Part shown: one piece after another, positions 55,378 to 64,000 of the stretch | Numbering within the stretch: the first letter of the stretch is position 1 | How the letters are laid out: each line of letters opens with the position of its first letter | Source: Pseudomonadota bacterium | GTDB lineage: Bacteria > Pseudomonadota > Alphaproteobacteria > JACQOE01 | DNA length: 64,000 nucleotides | NCBI GenBank assembly: GCA_016202695.1 | Contig: JACQOE010000023.1 | Coordinates: forward strand, 10,354 to 74,353 | Reading direction: 5' to 3' | Program-made: the position numbers and the translations under genes | Notes under the pieces: model-generated | What the model was told of the DNA's origin: nothing | Databases searched by the model: none | What the model saw: the letters and a program-made list of their open reading frames with translations, nothing else

Positions 55378-56343
55378 ATGAGACTGCGGCCTGCCGTCGT
55401 GGCGACGATCGCCCTTCTCGCCCTTGCCCCGGGGGCGGCCGGCGCCGAGGTCCGGATCGAGTCGTTCAGGCTGCCGGCGGGCGCCCATCCCCACGACGTG
55501 GCTCCCGCCCCCGACGGCGGCGTCTGGTACACGGCCCAGCATCAGGGCGCGCTCGGCCGGCTCGATCCCGCGACCGGCGAGGTGCGGCAGATTCCCTTGG
55601 GCGAGGGCTCGGCGCCGCACGGGGTGATCGTCGGCCCCGACGGCGCCCCCTGGATCACCGACGGCGGGCTCAACGCCATCGTCCGCGTCGATCCCCGGAG
55701 CCTGGCCGTGACCCGCTACCCGCTGCCCAAGGACACCGGCTACGCCAACCTCAACACCGCCGCCTTCGACCGCGCCGGGCGGCTGTGGTTCACCGGCCAG
55801 GGCGGCTATTACGGCCGGCTCGATCCCGCCTCGGGCGAGGTGCGGGTGTTCAAGGCCCCGCGCGGGCGGGGGCCCTACGGCATCGCCGCCACGCCCGAGG
55901 GCGAGGTCTACTACGCCTCGCTGGCGGGGAGCCACATCGCCCGCATCGACCTCGAGACCGGCGGGGCGAGCGTGATCGAGCCCCCCACCCCCGGCCAGGG
56001 GGCGCGCCGGGTGTGGGCGGACTCGAAGGGCCGGGTCTGGGTGAGCGAGTGGAACTCGGGCCAGGTGAGCGTGTTCGAGCCCGGGAGCGGGGCCTGGCGG
56101 AGCTGGAAGCTTCCGGGCGAGCGCCCGCGCGCCTACGCGGTGTACGTCGACGAGACGGACACGGTGTGGCTCTCCGACTTCGCCGCCAACGCGATTCTCC
56201 GCTTCGACCCCGAAAGCGGGCGCTTCGAGGTCTTCCCGAGCCCCCGCCCCGGGGCCGGGGTGCGCCAGATCCTGGGCCGGGCGGGCGAGGTGTGGGCGCC
56301 CGAGTCGGGCACCGACCACCTGGTCGTCTACCGCACGAAGTAG
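55378..56343 (+). CDS. Secreted beta-propeller protein, virginiamycin-B-lyase (Vgb)-like
   Basis: Signal peptide. Repeated blades with PHDVAPAPDGGVWYT, PHGVIVGPDGAPWITD, PYGIAATPEGEVYYAS, GRVWVSEW. Confidence 0.6.
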   Translation: MRLRPAVVATIALLALAPGAAGAEVRIESFRLPAGAHPHDVAPAPDGGVWYTAQHQGALGRLDPATGEVRQIPLGEGSAPHGVIVGPDGAPWITDGGLNAIVRVDPRSLAVTRYPLPKDTGYANLNTAAFDRAGRLWFTGQGGYYGRLDPASGEVRVFKAPRGRGPYGIAATPEGEVYYASLAGSHIARIDLETGGASVIEPPTPGQGARRVWADSKGRVWVSEWNSGQVSVFEPGSGAWRSWKLPGERPRAYAVYVDETDTVWLSDFAANAILRFDPESGRFEVFPSPRPGAGVRQILGRAGEVWAPESGTDHLVVYRTK

Positions 56344-56720
56344 GCCCCGCCGCCGGGACTTCGCTCCCAGGTCCGCACAACCCGCACCGGGTAGGCCGGG
56401 AAAATTGCGGCGGGACTGGGAAAAATAGCCTATTTCTCGGCCGTTAGTCCCACTCGGGGCGCGGGCGGCCCCGGCCCCCGCCCGCCCGGCGGCCGGTCCG
56501 TTTCCCAACTTCTCCACCGCCCGCGCCATTTTTAATCCATCTCCGCTAAGTTTCACCATATTGGTACATATGGTGGCGCGCCGCAAGGGTGTCAAGGGCC
56601 GGCCCCGGCTCACGTCGGTCGCCGCCCCTCCGCCGGCACGGGCGGCGCCGCGGACAGGGCCGCCGGGGAGCGAAGGCGGGGCCGGGGCCGCGAGGCAACG
56701 TCAGGCGGGGCGAAGGCCGG

Positions 56721-56749
56721 TTGACGGAACATACAGAAAGACGTATATT
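56721..56749 (+). promoter_or_regulatory. sigma70-like promoter that would give a leaderless higB-like mRNA
   Basis: TTGACG (56721-26), a 17-nt spacer, TATATT (56744-49). The A of ATG 56756 is 7 nt downstream. No SD sequence. Confidence 0.45.
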
Positions 56750-56755
56750 TGTATA

Positions 56756-57118
56756 ATGAACGGCGAATCGAAGCCGGTCAGGTGGGTCGGATCGTCGCGA
56801 AGGGACCTGAAGACGTTTCCGAGGGCGGTACAGCGGCACATCGGGCAGGCGCTGTATGCCGCCCAGTGCGGCGAGGAGTACCCGTCGGTCAAGGCGCTGA
56901 AAGGCTTCGGCGGGCGGTCCGTGCTCGAAATCGTCACCCCCCACGGCACCGGCACCTACCGGGCGGTCTACACGGTGCGCTTTCGAGATGCGATCTATGT
57001 TCTCCATGCCTTCCAGAAGAAATCGACGACGGGTCGCGCCACGCCCGGGAAGGAGATCGCCCTGATCGCCGAACGGCTCGCCGCCGCCGAGCGGGATCAC
57101 AGAGAGAGGCAGAACTAG
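56756..57118 (+). CDS. HigB/RelE-superfamily toxin (phage Gp49-like)
   Basis: KPVRWVGSSRRDLKTFP...GFGGRSVLEI...YRAVYTVRF.DAIYVLHAFQKKS pattern. 120 aa. The longer ORF start at 56561 was rejected. Confidence 0.8.
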   Translation: MNGESKPVRWVGSSRRDLKTFPRAVQRHIGQALYAAQCGEEYPSVKALKGFGGRSVLEIVTPHGTGTYRAVYTVRFRDAIYVLHAFQKKSTTGRATPGKEIALIAERLAAAERDHRERQN

Positions 57119-57120
57119 CC

Positions 57121-57450
57121 ATGGCAAGGAAGACGAGACTCCGGGTCGAGGAAGGCAGCGGCAACGTCTTCGCCGACCTGGGCTTTCGCAACCCCGGGCA
57201 AGAGCGGCTCAAGGCGCATCTCACGCTGCAGATCTATCGCCTCGTCAAGGAGCGCGGCCTGACCCAGGCCCAGGCGGGCGAGATCCTCGGCATCAGGCAG
57301 CCGCACGTCTCCAGCCTGATGCGGGGCCAGTCGGGCGCGTTCTCGGTCGGGCGCCTGATGGAATTCCTCACCGCGCTGGGCCAGGACGTGCGGATTACGG
57401 TCGGGCCGAAGCGCAAGGCCCGCGCCGAGATGTCCGTGGTGGCGCGATAA
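57121..57450 (+). CDS. XRE-family HTH antitoxin (HigA-like)
   Basis: GSGNVFADLGF, then HTH RGLTQAQAGEILGIRQPHVSSLMRGQ and LMEFLTALGQDVRI. Starts 2 nt after the toxin stop. Confidence 0.8.
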   Translation: MARKTRLRVEEGSGNVFADLGFRNPGQERLKAHLTLQIYRLVKERGLTQAQAGEILGIRQPHVSSLMRGQSGAFSVGRLMEFLTALGQDVRITVGPKRKARAEMSVVAR

Positions 57451-57754
57451 GGACGACTCCTCGGTAAACGACCCGGGGGCGGCGGCGCGAGACCGGGCCG
57501 CGGCGGGCCGCCGGATGCGTCCGAATCTAACGCATGGCCCCGGTAGCATGGTCCCGAGCCGAGCCGACGGAGGCGGGCCATGCCGGGACCTCACGACAAG
57601 CAGGTGGTCATGGGTTACCTCGCGAATCTCGCGCGGCGACTGAGCCGCTCGTCGCCCGGGGCGCGGGCGAATCTCGCGAACATCCTGGCGAGGAGCGCCG
57701 AGCGATGGGGAAGCGAGGGCCGGCGCCGTTACGCTGCGGTCCTCGCGGCGCGGC

Positions 57755-60700
57755 TCAGGCGTCGATCACGCTGTCGCAGTCGCCGGCCGCCACCGCGTTC
57801 ATGTAGGCGAGGATCAAATCCTTGGTGCGGTAGCGGCCGAAGGCGGCCTCGTCCTCGCGCTTGACGATGGGGAAGGTCTCCAGCACGTAGGCGGCCTCCT
57901 CGCGCGAGAGCCCGTAGAGGTGGAAGAAGATCGCGTCGAGGCGGGCCCGGCGGTGGCGCCGGTCCTCCTCGTCCCAGGCGAAGGGCGGCCCCTCGTGGCC
58001 CATGTCGCGGGCGAAGGGCGCCATGTCGTGGGCGGTGTAGGTGAGCCGCAGCACCTCGCGGCGGATGATCTCGGCGGCGGTCGCGCGGCCGAAGCGGCGA
58101 TTTAAGCTGCGGCGAGAAATCATCGGAAGCTGCTCGACGATGAACAGATTAAGTGTTTGTCCGTGGACCTTTTGTCTGGCAATGAAATCAAAGCAGAGCG
58201 CGTTTAGGTTCGCTAACAAGACGGGTGCCCAATCTTGATAATCTTCGAGGTCTGCGGGTCGATCAGGAATTAGAATTGGAATTTTGTTGCCGAATCCCAC
58301 GAATGGCACGATAGCCGCAATCATCGTGCGTTCGTTCGTCGGAGCAGTAATCTCTTTGAAGGCCAGCACCCAGGAAAGCCCCGGGACCAAGTTCGCCTGA
58401 GCACTTGGAACCCAATATTGAGGTATTGGCACCCACTCCGGATCGGAGTGTTGCGCATCGGTTGCTGCTTCGGGTTGTGCTGGCCGATTTAGATTCTCAG
58501 GGTTCACGATCACGCTGGCCGCCCGGTGGTCGTAAGCCTGGACCATCTTTCCCTCGTACAGCGGCACGTACTCGCCGTCGCCCCGGCGCCAGCGGTTGCC
58601 GGCCACCCGGTAGAAGCCTTCGCCCTCCAGCGCGGCGGCCGTCCGGAACAGGTGCGAGTCGTTGGTCATGTCGAACATCCGCACATACCGCACTCGCCAG
58701 ACACGCGCGGGCGGTTCGGTGCGCCGGTCCACCAGTACGGGCAGGCGGGCGTAGACCGCGGTCGTGATCTCGGCATCGCGGCGGGTGCGGAATACGGGGG
58801 CTGTTCCCGTGTTCGGATTGACCCTGCCGAAATCGTCGGGCGTCAGGCGGAAGCGTCGCTCTTTATCCTCCAACTCGGTCACCGCGTGCAGGAAGAAGGC
58901 GCACTCCGCGGCCTCGAACCGCCGCTCGCGCCCGCCGGCGACGAAGGCGCAGAACTTGAATCGGCTGTGCACGTCCGCGAAGAACACCTTCTTGTTCTCG
59001 AAATCGAAGAGGGCGGCGAGGCGCCCGTCGGTCGAGACCTTGCCGAAGAATCGGCTGGCGCCGAGGTCGGAAGCGATGCCCGAGGGAACAAGCAGCCCGA
59101 CCATGCCCTTCCCGTGCACGAGACGCTGCCCGCGCTCGACGAACAGCGAGTAGATGTTGATGTCGCCGGAGGACAGGAGCGGATATTCGCCGCAGGCGCG
59201 CGCGACCCGCGCTCCCGCCTCGGCCCGCTCGCGCGCCTTGGCGTACTCGTGGGCGAGCGGGTCGTCTCTGTTCCGTAGCTCCTCGACCACCCGCTTGCGG
59301 TCGGCGGCGCGCTGGGCGAGCGCGATTTCCGGGTTGCGCGCCGCGAACCACTCCACCTCCTGGAGTTTGATCCGGTCCCATGGCGGATTGCCGATGATGG
59401 CGTCGAATCCGCCGCGCGGCTCGCTCGCCTCCCACTCCCGCCACACGCCGGGGAAGGCCACCTGCCAATGCAGAAATCGCTCGCGCGCGGCGACGGCGGC
59501 GGCCTTCGCCACTAGGTCGGCGGCTCCCTCCCTGGTCTCCCGATCCATGGGCTTGACCCGGCGGCCGAGATGCAATTGTTCGGGGGTCGCGTCGGCGAAC
59601 AGGCCGGCGTCCCGCTCCGTCCCGTCGCCCTCGCGGCGGATCGGGATCTCGCCGACGATCACCCGGAAGGGGTCGCCGAACGCGCCCTCCAGAATCGCGC
59701 TCAGCGCGACGGGAACCCGCCGGCCGCCGAGGTCGTCGATCCCTAGCCAGCGGAGCGCCTGGCGGAAGTCGAGGAACCGGCGGAGCGGCCCGGTCGCGGC
59801 GACGACTCCGCCGAACTCGTCAGCGGAGGTGCGCACCTCGGCGATGTCGGCGTCGGTCAATTCCTCGATGTGGCGCATCCCGGCGATGGCGTTCCGCGCC
59901 TGCTGCACGAACGGGTTGATCAGGAGGCCGTAGCGCTCCGACACCTCGCGCATCACCGGCCCGACCCACTCGCCGAAGAGCGAGTCCCCGCAACGCAGAT
60001 GGTGGTCGAGGAACGAGAGCGGCGCGCCGACCGTGAAGGTGTGCAGCCACAGCGATACCTTGGCCAGTTCCACCGCCATCGGGTTCTTGTCCACCCCGTA
60101 GATCACCCGCTTCAGGATCATCCGGCGGACGAGGTGGCGGTCGTCGAGCTGGTCGCGCTCGATCGCCCAGCGCCGGGCCTCGGCCTCGTGCAGGATGCGG
60201 GCGCGGATCGCGGCGATGCGCTCGACGAGCGGCGAGCGGTAGGGCTCCTCCTCGGTCGCCCAATCGACCAGGGCCTCGGCCTCGGCGATCGCCTCCAGCG
60301 CCCGGTCGGCGAGGTAATCGACCAGCGAGACCAGGAAGTGGCCGCTGCCCATCGCCGGGTCGCAGACCTTGATCTCAAGGTACGCCAAGGCGGGGTCAAG
60401 CCGTCGCAGGTCGGCCAGGCGCTCGGCCCGCCGCGCGCGCGAGGAGCGAAGCTCGTCCACCTTCGTATAGAAGGCGTCGCGGCGTTCCTCGATCAGCGGC
60501 CCGACGGTGCGCCGGATGATGAGGTCCACCAGGTCCTGATGGGTGTAGTAGCTGCCGCTCGACTTGCGGGCGAACGGGTTGAGGCGGACGACCACCGATC
60601 CGCCCTCGCCCACGCCAAGCGAGCGTTCGAGCAGCCGCTCGTAGATCGAGCCCAGTTGCTGGACCGAGAGGTCGCGGTAGTTGATCCATTTCCGCCCGCC

Positions 60701-61919
60701 ACCCTCCGCGCGCCGCGAGAGGGCGTCGAGAATCGCGGCGAAGGGCTTGTCGGGAATGTCGGTGCGCTCCAGGAGCGGGTGTTGGGCCGGATCGAACAGG
60801 CCGCCGTTGTAGGGCGGAAGGCCGAGCGTTTCGTCGCCGTCGTGGATGGCGCGGAAGAGGTCCTTGAGCGCGCGGTGATACCGGGCCTGCCGGTCGCTGA
60901 AGGTGTCGCGGGCGTCGGTGCGCCCGCGCACGTCCTCGCGGATGCGGCGGAGTGAGTAGTCGTCGTAGCGCCGCTCGCGCGCCGGCAGCAGGCTCCGGTC
61001 CTCGGCGTAGAGGATGAACAGCAGGCGGTAGAGGAGGGTGAGCGCGGCGACACGCACCTCCTCCAGGTAGGCGGAGCCGGGCGGGCGCGGCGCCTCGGGG
61101 TCGTTGCGGGCGAGTTCGCGCGCGAGCGCGGGGAACACGGTCTCGAAGACGACACCGCTCAGGCTCTCGGCGACGCGGGCCTCCCACAGCCGCCCTTCCG
61201 CCAAGGCGAACTGGTGGAACGTGCGGCCGTCGGGAAGCGAGGGCAGGAACGCCTGGCGGCGGAAGAGAAGCAGGAAAGCCTTCAGATGATGGCCCCGCTC
61301 CTCGGCCCGGGGGGCGAAGAGGTCGGGCTCAACCCCCCGCACGCCCGCGAGCACAGGGAGATCGAACTCGACGAACTCCTCGGAGCGAGAGCGCGCACCC
61401 TGAAAGTAGAGCCGCCAGTGCCGCCCGTTGGTCAGGATGCCCCACTGGATGCGCTTCTCAGACGCCACCTCGGCGCGGGAGAGATAGCGGAGCATCTGGG
61501 TCGAGGGCACGCCGTCGTCGAAAAGGTCGGGCTCGCGGCCGCGGTCAAGCGGGCGGCCCCAGCGCTTGGCCTCCAGGATGGCGATCGCGTGGGAGTATCG
61601 GCGCTCGTCGCGCCGCTCGCGCTCGGCCGTCCGGCGCTCGGCCGTGTCGGCGAAGAGTAGATAGTCGGGTATGGCGATTCTGGCCCGGCGCCGCCTGCTG
61701 GGGCAGGAAATCGGCCCAGCCGAGCGCGCCCAGGAGCGGGTCGATCAGGTGCCGCTCGGTCTGCGCCTCGTTGGGATTTCCGTCGACCGGGAACGCTTGG
61801 AAGATCCCGGCGATGTACTCGCGGAAGGCATCGACCTCGGCATCGCCGAGCGTTTGCCACGCTTCCGTCTCGGCGATTCCCTGATCGAGGAAATCCTGGG
61901 TGAAGAGCGATCCCTGCAC
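57755..61919 (-). pseudogene. Type IIG restriction-modification enzyme (PD-ExK nuclease + gamma-class N6-adenine methyltransferase + specificity region), interrupted by a +1 frameshift near 61676-61697
   Basis: ORF 61545..61919 encodes the N-terminus up to GALGWADFLPQQ. The 57755..61510 frame, read upstream of its GTG, gives IAIPDYLLF...AILEAKRW (nuclease motif). Motif I DPAMGSGHFLV. Motif IV GNPPW. Confidence 0.75.
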
Positions 61920-62012
61920 GGCTCCCCTCGGCCGCGTTGCCGGCCGAGCGACGCCGGCCCAGGCTCAGGGTACGTGCGCGCCTCGATGCCGGCAAGCTAG
62001 GGAAACGCCCCC

Positions 62013-62195
62013 CTACCCCGGCCGGGGGGCGATGCCGGCCCGGGCCTGGAACTTGAGGGCGCCGAACTCGTCCAGCATCGCCCGGTCGAGCCTGGCGATA
62101 CGCTGGCGCTCGGCCCGCTCGCGGGCGAGGCGCTTCCTCTTCGTGCCAATTCCGATCGATCGAGTCGCAATGGCGGTTGCGTTCTCTTTCGTCAT
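62013..62195 (-). CDS. Small basic hypothetical protein (60 aa); a truncated paralog lies at about 63230-63325
   Basis: MTKENATAIATRSIGIGTKRKRLARERAERQRIARLD. The second copy begins MTPKTESIGRDEHETSAAAIERRKRLA. Coding status uncertain. Confidence 0.3.
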   Translation of the reverse strand: MTKENATAIATRSIGIGTKRKRLARERAERQRIARLDRAMLDEFGALKFQARAGIAPRPG

Positions 62196-62248
62196 CGCCG
62201 GGCATGACCCGGCGATCCATGGATGCGCGGGTCAAGCCCGCGCATGAC
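62191..62248. repeat. REP/MITE-like double-hairpin palindromic element
   Basis: Stems ATCGCCGGG/CCCGGCGAT (62194-62216) and TGCGCGGG/CCCGCGCA (62224-62244). Pseudo-translation ...AGHDPAIHG..GQARA is typical of alphaproteobacterial intergenic repeats. Confidence 0.6.
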
Positions 62249-62328
62249 CACCTGGGAAGAACTCGAATCGGTCTAACGCGCCCCCACTCGCCCGTTCTAT
62301 CTTTCGCGCTAGCAACGCGGAGGCGGCG

Positions 62329-62410
62329 ATGGCGCAGGTCCGGGTGCGCAACCTGGACGAGGCGGTGGTCGAGCGCCTCAAGGACCGCGCCCGCCTGCGC
62401 GGCCGGAGCC
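62329..62410 (+). pseudogene. 5' fragment of a FitA/VapB-like antitoxin gene (paralog of 63499..63732)
   Basis: MAQVRVRNLDEAVVERLKDRARLRG matches MAQVLVRNVDEAVVERLKERARRRG, including the upstream AGCAACGCGGAGGCGGCG. Similarity ends where the opposite-strand PIN gene begins. Confidence 0.65.
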
Positions 62411-62461
62411 GCTCCGGCGTGGCGGAGGCCCGCCGGCGCGGCGGGGCTGCCAGAAACGCCG

Positions 62462-62881
62462 TTAGCGGCCGATTCGATCCCGGAACGCGGCAGGCGCCAG
62501 GATCGGCACGGCGAACATGCCTGCGAGAGCCAGCAAATCCTTGTCGCCGGTCAGCAACGCGTCGGCCTTGGCCGCCAGCGCCAGTTCCAGGAACGGGCGG
62601 TCGAAGGGATCGCGGCAGCGGGGAACCTTGGTCCGCTTCGGCGCCCTGACGGTTTCGCACCAGGGGAGATAATCGCCCAGCAGGTCCTCGCGTTCGTCGG
62701 CGGTGAGGTGGAACTTCGGATACGACAGAACCCGGATCAATTCCGCCGTGGTGTCGCGGCTGGCCAGCGGGCGGATGGCTTCCGAGCGCCAGGCATGGCG
62801 CAGCCACGATAGCGACCCCGCGTGGAACAGCAGGGCCGAAAGCAAAACATTGGTGTCGAGGACGACGCGCGGCTGGGTCAT
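62462..62881 (-). CDS. PIN-domain toxin (PIN_3-type)
   Basis: VVLDTNVLLSALL...SRDTTAELIRVLSYPKF...CRDPFDRPFLELALAAKADALLTGDKDLL. 139 aa. Confidence 0.8.
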   Translation of the reverse strand: MTQPRVVLDTNVLLSALLFHAGSLSWLRHAWRSEAIRPLASRDTTAELIRVLSYPKFHLTADEREDLLGDYLPWCETVRAPKRTKVPRCRDPFDRPFLELALAAKADALLTGDKDLLALAGMFAVPILAPAAFRDRIGR

Positions 62882-63114
62882 CCGGCCTTGCGCGCCCTCT
62901 TGCGCGACCAGGTCACGGCCTCCGCCACGTCGCTCTCGGTGATGCCCAGATCGGCGAGCTTGGCGCGCACGGCATCGGCGCGATTGAGACGCACGGGCGT
63001 CAGGACGATGCGCCCGTTGTCCTCGGTCACGTCGAAATACTCAGTGCCCCGAAAGGGCGACAACACCGCCTTCGGCAGGGTCAACTGGTTCTTGGCTGTC
63101 AGCTTGGCGAGCAT
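62878..63114 (-). CDS. AbrB/SpoVT-type antitoxin
   Basis: AKLTAKNQLTLPKAV...IVLTPV looped-hinge-helix pattern. Stop overlaps the PIN start (ATGA). Confidence 0.65.
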   Translation of the reverse strand: MLAKLTAKNQLTLPKAVLSPFRGTEYFDVTEDNGRIVLTPVRLNRADAVRAKLADLGITESDVAEAVTWSRKRARKAG

Positions 63115-63316
63115 GGCGAATTCCTACAGTAAGGATGTAAGGATAAGATACTTTCTCCTTGGGGCATTTTCAATGATATCCCATCCACCTCGACCATATG
63201 ACCTTCGCCGGCTCGGCGGGCCCGGCCGGGGCGAGCGCGAGGGCGAGGCGCTTCCTCCGCTCGATCGCGGCGGCGGACGTTTCGTGCTCGTCCCGTCCGA
63301 TCGACTCTGTTTTCGG

Positions 63317-63425
63317 CGTCATGGCCGGGCCGGCCCAAGGCCGAGTCCCGGCCATCCACGCCTCCGCGTGCCGCCAAGGCGACGTGGATCACCCAGGCCG
63401 CCTCGCGGCCGCCCGGCGATGACGG
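63317..63425. repeat. REP/MITE-like palindromic element (same family as 62191-62248)
   Basis: GTCATGGCCGGG...CCCGGCCATCCACG (stem 63321-29/63347-55) plus a second GC hairpin (GGCCGC-CTC-GCGGCC). Pseudo-translation ...VDHPGRLAAARR. Confidence 0.55.
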
Positions 63426-63498
63426 GCCACGCAAACGGATCCCATTTCACTCCCCGCCTGTCCATGATATCATTCGTGATAGCAACGCGGAGGCGGCG

Positions 63499-63732
63499 AT
63501 GGCCCAGGTCCTGGTGCGGAACGTGGACGAGGCGGTGGTCGAGCGGCTAAAGGAGCGCGCGCGCCGGCGCGGTGTCTCCCTCGAACAGCAGCTTCGCGAC
63601 ATCCTTGCCGAGGCCGCCGGCCCCGGCCGGCCCGGCCTGCTGGCCGAACTCGCCCGCTGCCGCTCGCTCACGCCCGCCGGCCACCGCACGCCCGCCGAGG
63701 AGGCGGTGCGCGAGGCGCGCGAGGCCGAATGA
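63499..63732 (+). CDS. FitA/VapB-like ribbon-helix-helix antitoxin
   Basis: MAQVLVRNVDEAVVERLKERARRRGVSLEQQLRDILAEA. 77 aa. Stop overlaps the vapC-like ATG. Confidence 0.75.
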   Translation: MAQVLVRNVDEAVVERLKERARRRGVSLEQQLRDILAEAAGPGRPGLLAELARCRSLTPAGHRTPAEEAVREAREAE

Positions 63733-64000
63733 CCCTGGTGGTGGACGCCTCCGTCGCGCTCAAGTGGTTCGTGGCCGAGGCCGGGTCCGCGGCCGCCATC
63801 GCCCTCCTGGAGGGCGACCGCCCGCTGATCGCCCCCGAGTTGGTGCTGGCCGAGCTTTGCAACGCCGCCTGGCGCCTGCTGCAACGGGGCGAACTGGTGC
63901 CCGAGCAGGTCGAGGCCATCGCCGCCCATGCGCCGCTCGCCTTCGCCGAGCTCAGCCCCCTGGCGCCGCTCACCCGGGCGGCGAGCCGCATCGCGGTCGC
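63729..64000 (+). CDS. VapC-like PIN-domain toxin, 3' end beyond the window
   Basis: My own translation gives MTLVVDASVALKWFVAEAGSAAAIALLEGDRPLIAPELVLAELCNAAWRLLQRGEL... (PIN N-terminal Asp and hallmark pattern). Open to the window end. Confidence 0.75.
   Translation, partial: MTLVVDASVALKWFVAEAGSAAAIALLEGDRPLIAPELVLAELCNAAWRLLQRGELVPEQVEAIAAHAPLAFAELSPLAPLTRAASRIAV

Noticed and set aside
56556-56573. Inverted repeat CCATAT-N6-ATATGG as a HigA operator
   Set aside because: It lies about 150 nt upstream of the predicted promoter, has short arms, and has no second copy.
57451-57754. Small ORFs between the HigA-like gene and the RM gene (e.g. 57534..57806, 57580..57864)
   Set aside because: Their Arg/Ala-rich translations overlap the RM gene 3' end and have no start context.

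Overview
High-GC, alphaproteobacterium-like chromosome segment. All family calls are by-eye motif recognition; no searches were run. The core (about 5.7-53.1 kb) is a nearly complete flagellar supercluster in Caulobacter-like order: flgB-flgC-fliE-fliQ-fliR-flhB; csrA, flhB-C-like, fliO-fliP; fliL-fliM-pflI-like-motE-like-two motB paralogs-giant TPR protein; flgF-G-A-H; fliX divergent from flgI-flgJ-flgN-like-flgK-flgL-fliW; flagellin-flaG-fliD-fliS; fliK-flgD-flgE; fliF-G-H-N-motA-flbD-flhA-flhF-flhG. It is interrupted by speD-speE and dksA. Regulatory signals readable in the sequence are four good sigma54 -24/-12 promoters (flgF, flgI, flagellin, fliK), each preceded by a recurring GGCA(A/G)-N3-(C/T)TGCC palindrome (FlbD/ftr-like enhancer). 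There are also CtrA-type TTAA-N7-TTAA boxes and a CsrA/FliW/flagellin-leader circuit. Both flanks are accessory. The left flank has an AT-richer foreign gene, a decayed TacA-type antitoxin beside an intact GNAT toxin, an SNase-like nuclease, and an MqsR/MqsA cassette bracketed by a 30-bp direct repeat. The right flank has a Vgb-lyase-like propeller, a HigB/HigA-like pair, a frameshifted ~4.2-kb type IIG restriction-modification gene with an AT-richer specificity patch, and a nested, partly duplicated VapBC-type TA islet with REP-like palindromes. The most novel-looking items are (1) a 1203-aa secreted AMIN-like+TPR protein translationally coupled to a MotB and an Asp-less pseudo-MotB, (2) a second FliK-like protein coupled to a Cys-less QueF-like protein after flhG, and (3) an insertion domain shared by FlgK and FlgL. 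No rRNA, tRNA, CRISPR, IS or integrase was recognised.
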